Assembly (NCBI GenBank): GCA_051654905.1
Contig: JBOFYY010000144.1
Coordinates: forward strand, 61,593 to 125,592
Reading direction: 5' to 3'
From: Propionibacteriaceae bacterium
GTDB taxonomy: Bacteria; Actinomycetota; Actinomycetes; Propionibacteriales; Propionibacteriaceae
Length of the DNA stretch: 64,000 nt
Shown here: positions 49,285 through 57,177 of the stretch, one piece after another
Position numbering within the stretch: the stretch's first letter is position 1
Layout of the letters: each line of letters begins with the position of its first letter
The notes under the pieces: model-generated
The model's database searches: none
Told to the model about the DNA's origin: nothing
The model's input: the letters and a program-made list of their open reading frames with translations, nothing else
Made by a program: the position numbers and the translations under genes

Positions 49285-50468
49285 CTACGCAGGTGCAGGT
49301 ATGCGTTGATCTCTACGGAAAGACGGTTCCGGTTGGAACATTGTACGCAAATGAGAAGCGTACTTTCACTAGCACGTTTGTGTATCAGCCTGCCTACCTT
49401 GCTGACTCGCGTGTTTACGCACTTGAGCCGAGGCTTTCCATGGCTAGTGGAGAACATCACGCGGCAGGTTTGCCCGGTTGTATTGGAGATGCCGCTCCAG
49501 ATCGATGGGGGCGAAACCTTATACGTAAGAGACTCCGAGCTGTCGGCGAACTGGGAGGCAGGGAGCTCACCGAACTAGATTATCTGCTAGGGGTGAGCGA
49601 CTCCACGCGGCAGGGGGCTCTCAGATTTTCGCAGGGCGGAGATTTTCTTGCTGAACAGCATGTCGAAGTGCCAAAATTCGTCAGCTTGTTGCAGTTGTTG
49701 CGCGCATCGGAGAGAGTCGCTCGAGATGAGGATAGCGTCGAAGAGTTGAAGCTACTTCTTGATGCTGGATCGTCTAGTTTGGGTGGTGCACGTCCCAAAG
49801 CTTCCGTGCAAGATGATGGCGTGTTGCATGTGGCGAAGTTTCCTCATCCTGGCGATAGTTGGGATGTCATGGCATGGGAAGCGACAGCTCTAGATCTAGC
49901 CGAGAGGGCTGGCATTGATGTGCCAGCTAGAAGGCTATTGCGGATAGATGGCCGGGCGGTTCTGGTTCTGCAACGTTTCGATCGTCGCGGATCTGAGCGA
50001 GTGGGCTATATCAGTGCGATGACTCTTCTTAGGGCAACTGATGGAGATCAACGTGACTACCTCGAAATTGCCGAGGAGTTAGCAGTGACAAGCGCCGATC
50101 CTACTGCTGACCTTGCGCAGTTATGGCGACGGATTGCCCTTGGCTTTCTTATGAACAATACAGACGATCATCTGCGCAATCATGGCCTGATTCGGGAAAT
50201 AAATGGTTGGCGTCTCTCTCCGATATTTGATATTAACCCCAATCCTGACGGGGGGCGTCATGCCACCTCCATTGGAGGCGAAGATACTGCCGAAGCTGGT
50301 ATAGAGGCACTTATGGTGTGGGCAAAACAGTTTGGGTTATCATCCGCTGGTGCTGTCATGGCGTTAGCTGACGTGCGTTCGGCGCTAGTGGATTGGCGAT
50401 CTGTGGCTAAATCAAATGGAGTTACGGTTGCCGAATGCGACCGTATGCGAGATGCATTTATCGAATAA
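49281..50468 (+). CDS. hipA: HipA-family serine/threonine kinase toxin
   Basis: HipA N-terminal coupling region (GTLY...FVYQPAYL), SLGGARPK, and the catalytic-loop motif NNTDDHLRNHG. Confidence 0.85.
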   Translation: MTTQVQVCVDLYGKTVPVGTLYANEKRTFTSTFVYQPAYLADSRVYALEPRLSMASGEHHAAGLPGCIGDAAPDRWGRNLIRKRLRAVGELGGRELTELDYLLGVSDSTRQGALRFSQGGDFLAEQHVEVPKFVSLLQLLRASERVARDEDSVEELKLLLDAGSSSLGGARPKASVQDDGVLHVAKFPHPGDSWDVMAWEATALDLAERAGIDVPARRLLRIDGRAVLVLQRFDRRGSERVGYISAMTLLRATDGDQRDYLEIAEELAVTSADPTADLAQLWRRIALGFLMNNTDDHLRNHGLIREINGWRLSPIFDINPNPDGGRHATSIGGEDTAEAGIEALMVWAKQFGLSSAGAVMALADVRSALVDWRSVAKSNGVTVAECDRMRDAFIE

Positions 50469-50554
50469 ATAACCCTACGAATGTAAAGACAGCCGCATGT
50501 GATCCGAGAAAAAATCGGTTGCGAACCTAAACCTGTCATTGGCAAACTAAATCC

Positions 50555-51211
50555 ATGAATCCTGACTTATCTAACGTATTTCCGCCTTTTGGTCTGAGTT
50601 TGTGCTGTGGTGAGGTTACTTTGTCCGGTACAACGCCCGACCATGTGCCTGATCTCATCACCGCAGCCAAAGAAGGCGTTTACGACGTGGATTCAGGTTT
50701 GCCGATGCCGTTTCTGTTTGACTGGCCAAGTTTGCCCGATCAGGATCTCAACATGTGGCAGCATGTGTGGAGCAAGTGGGGAAGCTTTTCCAAAGAGCAG
50801 TGGTCGCTGAAACTATCGGTTATTGTTGGCGGTCGTGCGATTGGTTGCCAAGATGTCGTGAATAAGTCGAGTTTTCTTGTTTCGCGTTCGCTTGAGACTG
50901 GCTCTTGGCTGGGGTTGAAATATCAAGGCAGCGGAATCGGCACCCGTATTCGTCAAATGGTGGCAATGTTTTGCTTTGATCACTTAGGTGCAGAAGAACT
51001 CACCAGCGGCTATATTGACGGTAATGTCAAATCTGCGGGCGTGAGCCGTAAAGTGGGCTATGTCGACAATGGCTTCCGCAGGTTACCGTCTGACGATAGC
51101 TACCGGGTAGAACGCCTTGTTCGCCTCACTCCTGACTTGCTCGTACGCCCGGTAGAACCTTTAGAGGTTCAAGGGGTTGATGAGTTTCGTTGTTTCATTG
51201 GGCTTGGCTAA
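50555..51211 (+). CDS. GNAT N-acetyltransferase (RimJ/RimL-like)
   Basis: GLKYQGSGIGTRIRQMV acetyl-CoA motif and the ...NVKSAGVSRKVGY tail typical of the RimJ/RimL-like subgroup. Confidence 0.75.
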   Translation: MNPDLSNVFPPFGLSLCCGEVTLSGTTPDHVPDLITAAKEGVYDVDSGLPMPFLFDWPSLPDQDLNMWQHVWSKWGSFSKEQWSLKLSVIVGGRAIGCQDVVNKSSFLVSRSLETGSWLGLKYQGSGIGTRIRQMVAMFCFDHLGAEELTSGYIDGNVKSAGVSRKVGYVDNGFRRLPSDDSYRVERLVRLTPDLLVRPVEPLEVQGVDEFRCFIGLG

Positions 51212-51217
51212 CCGCTA

Positions 51218-51724
51218 CTATCGGCAGTCATCTATGCCGTTCCGACGTTCAATTAAGGTATTGAGAGTCTTCATCGCCTCGTCGGCACCGTTGACAGTAA
51301 TGAGGAAATCTGGCGCACCGGCACGCTGGATACGTATTGCTGAGCCAGCGGCTGTGATGATGCCGCCTTCACCTTTGGTGTTGACGCGATAGCCCCAACC
51401 CCCGAAATCTGTGAAAGGGGAGATCTCTTGCGTGCTGCCAACCTCAATTTGTGCCAAGGGAATGTGGACAAAGGTGATCCCTAGCGCTTTGCCTCGCACT
51501 CCCTTGGTGTCAACGATGATGCGCATCTTCATTGTTGCCAGCAGGATTACATCAGCAATCAGCAAGATGAGGAGAAACAGGCTGGTTTCCCACGAGCCGA
51601 GCATGATGAAGTAGCTACCCATTGCGATAAGGACTGTAATTCCGCTGCCTATGACAATCGCTGCTGCCCGTGCGATTCGGGTCCGTCCTGACCATGCCAC
51701 GCGGGTTTCGTCGGTCACTGACAA
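51218..51724 (-). CDS. Membrane protein with two N-terminal transmembrane helices and a soluble C-terminal domain (possibly bacterial PH-like)
   Basis: The start overlaps the upstream DUF1648 gene by 10 nt, so it is the third gene of the GntR operon. The domain assignment is tentative. Confidence 0.55.
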   Translation of the reverse strand: MSVTDETRVAWSGRTRIARAAAIVIGSGITVLIAMGSYFIMLGSWETSLFLLILLIADVILLATMKMRIIVDTKGVRGKALGITFVHIPLAQIEVGSTQEISPFTDFGGWGYRVNTKGEGGIITAAGSAIRIQRAGAPDFLITVNGADEAMKTLNTLIERRNGIDDCR

Positions 51725-52215
51725 TCTCGGCGCATCGTTAGGGAGCGTAATGATGGTTTTTCTGATGATGGCGGCTGTCGTAGTAACGCAAAGGTGCCGA
51801 TTCCGATAGCCATTGCAAGTAGTAGCACCACCGGGAGAATGACCATGGGGTTATCACTAAAGGGCGCACGCGGATGCTGCATGAGTGTGGAGCCACCCGA
51901 AATTGCTGCAAGGAAGAAAGACATTCCAGTTGCCAGTGCGCCCGTCATTGCGAGCTGTTTGACGAGGATTCCTAATCCCAGAAATAAAAATGCGCCAATA
52001 AGTGGTGTTACTGCTGCGAAGATGGCAGCATTTTGAGGAGTTGTCCACCCATCGGGTTTGCCAGCGGCATCCCAGTGTTGTGCGATGCGTGCAGGCAGTT
52101 CATTGCGCATAATCCAGATAGGCAAGGATGCAAGGCCGGCAAAGGCTATCGCGGTGACGATGGGTAGCCAGATTGCGCGGGTAGCGCGGCGTTCGCTCAC
52201 GGTTTTCATGCCCAT
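51715..52215 (-). CDS. DUF1648-domain membrane protein
   Basis: The LPARIAQHWDAAGKPDGWTTP motif after the first transmembrane helix is the DUF1648 hallmark. About four transmembrane helices. It overlaps the GntR gene stop. Confidence 0.7.
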   Translation of the reverse strand: MGMKTVSERRATRAIWLPIVTAIAFAGLASLPIWIMRNELPARIAQHWDAAGKPDGWTTPQNAAIFAAVTPLIGAFLFLGLGILVKQLAMTGALATGMSFFLAAISGGSTLMQHPRAPFSDNPMVILPVVLLLAMAIGIGTFALLRQPPSSEKPSLRSLTMRRDCQ

Positions 52216-52559
52216 TCTCCTTGGGAAATACGTCGACCAACTTCAGCGGCATCAATGCCATGATGTAGTGCGCAGCTCAGTAATTCTTTGGCCAGAATTA
52301 AGAGTTCTGCATCTGCGGATTGCTCGGCGGCAATAATCGCGCCACGTCCGCGACGAAGTTCGATAAGTCCTTCATCTCGCAGGATTTGGTAGGCCTTTAG
52401 GGCGGTGTGGATATTGATATCTAGCGATTCTGCAACATCGCGGGCTGCGGGTAAGCGGTCGCCTTTGACGACCTCACCTGAGCTGATAGCGCCACGAACA
52501 GTAGCTGCCACTTGCTCAAACAGCGGCGTAGGAGAATTTGGATTAACCAACCACAACAT
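52206..52559 (-). CDS. GntR family transcriptional regulator, short YtrA-like subtype
   Basis: 117 aa. The winged-HTH region is GDRLPAARDVAESLDINIHTALKAYQILRDEGLIELRRGRG, with only a short C-terminal helical tail. Confidence 0.85.
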   Translation of the reverse strand: MLWLVNPNSPTPLFEQVAATVRGAISSGEVVKGDRLPAARDVAESLDINIHTALKAYQILRDEGLIELRRGRGAIIAAEQSADAELLILAKELLSCALHHGIDAAEVGRRISQGEWA

Positions 52560-52560
52560 A

Positions 52561-52579
52561 GTTCTATATTAACTAGAAC
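52561..52579. promoter_or_regulatory. Short palindrome abutting the GntR start codon (candidate autoregulatory operator)
   Basis: GTTCTA-TATTAAC-TAGAAC at 52561-52579, 2 nt upstream of the ATG on the minus strand. Confidence 0.3.
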
Positions 52580-52630
52580 AACTATCTTTGTCAAGGGTTG
52601 TGGTTTTGAGGCGGCTAAGAAACCTTTTAG

Positions 52631-53080
52631 CTATCGATAGACGTGCCAGATATCGTCTCCGGTGAATCCACATGAGCGGTAGAGATGTTCGGGGCTAGAT
52701 TCGTTATCGGCATCTCCAGAGACCGTGGCAAAGTCTGTTCGGGTTGCTGCGCGTCGTAGAATCTCGCAGACCAGAAATTTTCCGATGCCATATCCGCGAA
52801 AGGCTGGATGAACTTGGATCCAATCGAGTGATACTTCGCCGGCTTCGATATCGGTATCGGCGATACCGCATCCGATAAGAGCTTCAGAGCTAAAGACTCC
52901 GATCCATAGTTCGGGGTCATGAACCGGCCTGTGCACCCATGTCGTAACATCAGGAGCATAAGCTCGGATCTCGGGATAGCTTGCAGTGATCAAGGCAGAG
53001 ATTGCTGCGGCATCATTAGCTGGATCTAAGTTCTTTATGACAAATTCATCGCTGAGTTTGTTGTCAGGGATATGGCTCAA
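52631..53080 (-). CDS. GNAT family N-acetyltransferase
   Basis: WIQVHPAFRGYGIGKFLVCEILRRA acetyl-CoA motif. The overlapping 52627..52959 ORF is in the wrong frame. Confidence 0.75.
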   Translation of the reverse strand: MSHIPDNKLSDEFVIKNLDPANDAAAISALITASYPEIRAYAPDVTTWVHRPVHDPELWIGVFSSEALIGCGIADTDIEAGEVSLDWIQVHPAFRGYGIGKFLVCEILRRAATRTDFATVSGDADNESSPEHLYRSCGFTGDDIWHVYR

Positions 53081-53671
53081 GTCGTGGACGAGTTTGAAAA
53101 ATCGTTCAGGGGGCTGGTTTCGTCCTAGATCATCGTGATAGTGAAGAACCGAGACAGAATCAGGGACCTCTGTTGTTGCTGTTTTCCACCAAGAGAGTGC
53201 CGACGCGCGTCCGGGGGCTTGGCGATAGCGAGCAAGCGTGATGGGAATGAAGACATTATATGAGTGGCGAATGCGGGCATAGCAGCCTTATTTACTTGTC
53301 TATGTGTGGAAGCCAGCAATAGCATCAGCGCATGGATTACCCATGGTGTTGATATCGATCATGGACAGGCATTAGCTTTCATCGCAGCCCAACAATAAAG
53401 CCTGATAACGGCGTCGGCTTTTCTTATGTTCGGTTTACTTGATGTATGTGGATGGGGCACTTTAGGGCACGCCTCAGTGGGATGGATATAGTTTTATAAA
53501 TGAACTGAGTTTCTGGTGAGATATACGGAAGGTAATCCTAAGAGGTTTGGGAAGAATTCTGATGTGGTTATGGCTTTCTTTCGAGAGCTGGATTCTCGCT
53601 ATTGGTCCCGGTTTCATAAAATAGTGTTGTAATAAGCACGAACTGCCATTTGCATCAGTAATAATGACTTC

Positions 53672-54794
53672 ATGGGTATGTTTGATAAATTTCGCAAGAA
53701 TAAGCAAAAGGTTACAGCTTCGGTTTCTAATGACGCAGCTTTGGCAGCTGAGATAGCAACTGCTGAGAAGGCTTGTTTAAATACGGCTTAGCTCAGCAGA
53801 AGCTGTAGATGCGGTCTCTAAAGCGACGCATCCAGGTGCTAAACCCTTTGTTTTACGAGTAAATCGAGCTCCAGAAGGTCCATGGAGTGCGCTGCAATGG
53901 GTCGATATTTACCGAGTTTCAGATCCTACTCCGCACTGGCACTATATTGGCACCGGTTTAGGCTCAGCCTTCAACTTTGAACTGACCTTCCGTCTTTACG
54001 ACGAACAGGCGATGAACTCCGATAATGAACCGCCGACTTGGCCTGCTTCATTAATGAAGAATTTAGCAGATTATGTTGACCGGACGGGTAACTGGTTTGC
54101 GCCGTTGCACTCTATGACTTGTAATGGGCCGATTGTGGTAGGTCTTCCTACCGATCTCGATGCGGTAGCTTTCATTTCAGATCCGCAGCTAGATCCGATA
54201 GATAGTTTGAGCGGTGAAATCGAATTTGTTCAGATAGTAGGAATTACTGCTGATGAATTGGAAGCTTGGACTAATTGGCAGGCACGAGGAATGGTAGATC
54301 TGCTTCTACAGCGTTATCCCTGGGGTATTACGCAAATTGAGCGATCGTCAATGCTGACTGATCCAGCAGTAGCAGAACAGATTCAGAGCGGGATAGCTCG
54401 CGATGGTTCGAGTATTGGAGCCTTTGCTATCGAGAATCTTTCTTGGACATCAGGCTCACCTGTCACGGTAAGAATCGGCGCTAATCAGGTGCAGAGTTTC
54501 ATACAGCTATTGTCTGGACGGCTATCTTTTGGTCAGGATCTTGTGCTTTTTGGTCCTGAAGGACGTTCTATACAAATGTTTGCGACAGCTGCCGGCGATG
54601 ACAATCAAGTAATCATTTCGCAGTCAACTATGACGGTCAGACTCACATCTAGCACTATCGAAGCGCTTGTTGCAGCACTAAAACCAGAGCAGGGACTATA
54701 TTCGGTATCGCCACTAAACGAACAGCTTATTTTTGAGGTAGTTCCAAGTGAGATTTTAGATGCTGATGGAAAAGTGACACGTATAGTCGGCTAA
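53672..54794 (+). pseudogene. SUFU-like (suppressor-of-fused domain) protein gene interrupted by a +1 frameshift near 53781-53791
   Basis: The tracked ORF (54012..54794) stays open in frame back to 53781 and there encodes ...DPTPHWHYIGTGLGSAFNFELTFRLYDEQAMNSDNEPPTWPASLMKNLADYV, with no start codon upstream of the M at 54012. A 39-codon ORF with an ATG (53672-53791) ends inside that 11-nt overlap, in the frame offset by one. Confidence 0.65.
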
Positions 54795-54821
54795 TCCCTA
54801 GGCAAGTAAATAATTATTTTC

Positions 54822-54880
54822 AGAACACGTCGCCGGTTGTTTTAGCTCTACTTATGGCGACGTGTTCTTGTTATATTTCT
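54822..54880 (+). terminator. Hairpin with T-rich tail after the SUFU-like gene
   Basis: AGAACACGTCGCC (54822-54834) pairs with GGCGACGTGTTCT (54856-54868) as a perfect 13-bp stem with a 21-nt loop, followed by TGTTATATTTCT. Confidence 0.55.
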
Positions 54881-55004
54881 AGATATGTTAGGAGCTTAAA
54901 ACTACGCGTGGGTGTAGCGATAAAACCGTTCAGTAAAAGATCTGAACTCGCTAAATCTTTCAATAAATATGAAGCTAGATAGTTTGAGACGGTAGACTTA
55001 TTCG

Positions 55005-55550
55005 GTGACTCATGTTCTAACAGCTGTACAGCGCCATCGTTCCACTTTGACTCAGTTCCTGAAGTTTGGGTTCGTTGGAGGCTCTGGCGTACTAGTTAAT
55101 ATGCTGGTAGCAGTTGTTATGAACAAGCTCAATGGTGGAACTGAGAACTCGCAGAACGTTCTCTTTCCGCTACTTGGGTCGTTCAACTTCAGGTTCTCTA
55201 ACTTGGTTTGGATTGTCGCATTTTTGATTGCGAACCTAACCAACTTTCAGCTCAACCGCAGCTGGACTTTTCAAACAAGTAAACATGCCGGTTGGTGGAA
55301 AGAGTTTTGGCCGTTCTTTGCTGTCGGATCAGTCGCAGCAATTATTGGGTTCTTCCTAAAAATCGCTATGACAAACCCAACTTCTTTCTTCTTCTTGCCA
55401 GAACCTTATTTTCATGGTGGGCAAGGAGCTGGGCTACGATCTCGTGAATACTGGTCGCAGCTCATAGCTATCTTTCTGACTTTGCCTATCAATTTTGTAG
55501 TCAATAAGCTATGGACTTTCCGTGCAGTGCGCGGGGCTGACGCGTCGTAG
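55005..55550 (+). CDS. GtrA-like membrane protein
   Basis: FLKFGFVGGSGVLVNMLV N-terminus, four transmembrane helices and a C-terminal NKLWTFR motif typical of the GtrA family. Confidence 0.8.
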   Translation: MTHVLTAVQRHRSTLTQFLKFGFVGGSGVLVNMLVAVVMNKLNGGTENSQNVLFPLLGSFNFRFSNLVWIVAFLIANLTNFQLNRSWTFQTSKHAGWWKEFWPFFAVGSVAAIIGFFLKIAMTNPTSFFFLPEPYFHGGQGAGLRSREYWSQLIAIFLTLPINFVVNKLWTFRAVRGADAS

Positions 55551-55642
55551 TTATCGAAAAACCTGGAGTTGCAGTGGCGCGTCTAGAAAATATTTTTGGA
55601 AGCACCTTGCACAATTGAAATGTCCACTGTTAGTAAATCTCA

Positions 55643-55846
55643 TTGAGGTACTTTGTGCTTGCTGTCTTAACTGCGATCGCTGTAATCCTATTTTCCTTCA
55701 TCGTAGGTATAGGTACAGCATTAGCGTTATCTGGAGTTCTCATAGATAGATTTCCAGTGCTACACGCCAAGCTCGCTGAAATTACTCGGCACCTAAATGG
55801 AGATGCTGAGGCTCCAGAGCGAGTAAGGCGATTCTTCGATCACTAA
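55643..55846 (+). CDS. Possible small membrane protein upstream of ftsY
   Basis: One long hydrophobic segment (VLAVLTAIAVILFSFIVGIGTALALSGVLI) followed by a charged tail. The start is uncertain (TTG 55643 or GTG 55655). No family recognised. Confidence 0.4.
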   Translation: MRYFVLAVLTAIAVILFSFIVGIGTALALSGVLIDRFPVLHAKLAEITRHLNGDAEAPERVRRFFDH

Positions 55847-55874
55847 AAACTGCAAAGCTGAGTAAGCTAGCTGT

Positions 55875-57017
55875 GTGAATATCTTTTGGATTATCTTCGG
55901 TGGTATAGCTGCCTGTATTCTTGCGGCTACTGCCATCATTATTTTTGCGCCAAAGCAGGAGCTAGAAGCTGCTCCTGAATGTCCAGAACTGCCTGCTGCT
56001 AATGATGGCGGCGTTAGCGATGACTCTGCGACTACTGTCGAAGATTCATTGCCTGCCGATGATGATATAGCCGCTATCGATACTCCAGAAGCAACAGCTT
56101 CTCGTATGACGCGACTACGTCGTAAACTTGCTGCACAAAATAACCCATTCGCTCGTGGATTTCTGGGATTATTAGCGGCAGATCGTATCGATGAAGATAC
56201 TTGGGAAGATTTTGAGACGGCGCTAATTACCAGCGATCTAGGAGTTGGGCCAACAACGGAGCTTATTACCCAGCTACGACGCCGGCTTTCTGTTGATGGA
56301 GTTAATGACCCGCAAGAAGCTAAAGCCATTCTCAGCGAAGAACTACTTACATTGGTAGATCCAAGTCTTGATCGTAGCCTTAACCTTGTTAAGCCTGATG
56401 AAAATACCCCTGCTGTTTTGATGATGGTTGGGGTAAATGGCACCGGTAAAACTACTACTGTTGGCAAGCTGGGGCGAGTACTAGTTGCTGAAGGTAAAAC
56501 TCTTCTTATGGGAGCTGCCGATACTTTCCGCGCTGCCGCGCCAGAACAGCTTGTTACTTGGGGAGAGCGTGTTGGTGCTGATGTTATACGTGGCGCTGAG
56601 GGTGCCGATCCAGCATCGGTAGCATTTAATGCTGTTGATGAAGGTGTCAAACGTGGGGTAGACGTAGTTCTTATCGATACCGCGGGACGTCTTCATACCA
56701 AAACTGGGTTGATGGATGAGCTAGGTAAGGTAAAGCGGGTAGTCGAGAAGAAAGCTCCGATTCAAGAAGTACTGCTAGTTCTCGACGCTACAACAGGACA
56801 GAATGGCTTGACGCAGGCGCGAATTTTCCGCGAAGTTGTAGATGTTACCGGTATCGTTCTCACTAAACTCGATGGATCAGCTAAGGGCGGTATTGTCGTT
56901 CAGGTTCAGCGCGAGTTAGGTGTGCCCGTAAAACTTATCGGATTAGGTGAAGGTCCAGACGATCTAGCTCCATTCGATGCAGAACAGTTTGTAGATGCGC
57001 TTCTAAGCCAAGAATAA
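55875..57017 (+). CDS. ftsY: Signal recognition particle receptor FtsY
   Basis: N-terminal transmembrane helix plus acidic region, then the NG domain with GVNGTGKTTT, DTAGR and TKLDG motifs. Confidence 0.95.
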   Translation: MNIFWIIFGGIAACILAATAIIIFAPKQELEAAPECPELPAANDGGVSDDSATTVEDSLPADDDIAAIDTPEATASRMTRLRRKLAAQNNPFARGFLGLLAADRIDEDTWEDFETALITSDLGVGPTTELITQLRRRLSVDGVNDPQEAKAILSEELLTLVDPSLDRSLNLVKPDENTPAVLMMVGVNGTGKTTTVGKLGRVLVAEGKTLLMGAADTFRAAAPEQLVTWGERVGADVIRGAEGADPASVAFNAVDEGVKRGVDVVLIDTAGRLHTKTGLMDELGKVKRVVEKKAPIQEVLLVLDATTGQNGLTQARIFREVVDVTGIVLTKLDGSAKGGIVVQVQRELGVPVKLIGLGEGPDDLAPFDAEQFVDALLSQE

Positions 57018-57031
57018 ATCCATAACAGAAC

Positions 57032-57076
57032 TCGGGTAGGTACTGCCGTTATTGCGGTGATACCTACCCGATTTTT
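57032..57076 (+). terminator. Intrinsic terminator after ftsY
   Basis: TCGGGTAGGTA / TACCTACCCGA forms a perfect 11-bp stem, followed directly by TTTTT. Confidence 0.8.
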
Positions 57077-57177
57077 ATTACAAATAAATTTATTTAGGTA
57101 GTGGAAACGTGTGTCGGGATTTGCTTTTAGCTTAATAACCGATTTACTAGCAGAAAACATGGCACAAAGGAGTTGTT

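Noticed and set aside
52627-52959. A 110-aa minus-strand ORF overlapping the GNAT gene.
   Set aside because: It is an alternative frame of 52631..53080, and that frame carries the acetyl-CoA binding motif.
48864-54882. A shared 10-mer, ATATTTCTAG, at 48864-48873 and 54873-54882 (both followed closely by AGATAT), as possible att-like direct repeats bounding the island.
   Set aside because: It is too short and AT-rich to be significant by eye, no integrase or excisionase is present, and the copies differ by a 5-nt insertion. It is worth rechecking only if comparative genomics places the island boundaries there.
55793-56650. A 285-aa minus-strand ORF opposite ftsY.
   Set aside because: It is antisense to a gene with unambiguous FtsY NG-domain motifs, and the product is a Ser/Ala/Arg-rich low-complexity string with no start-site support.
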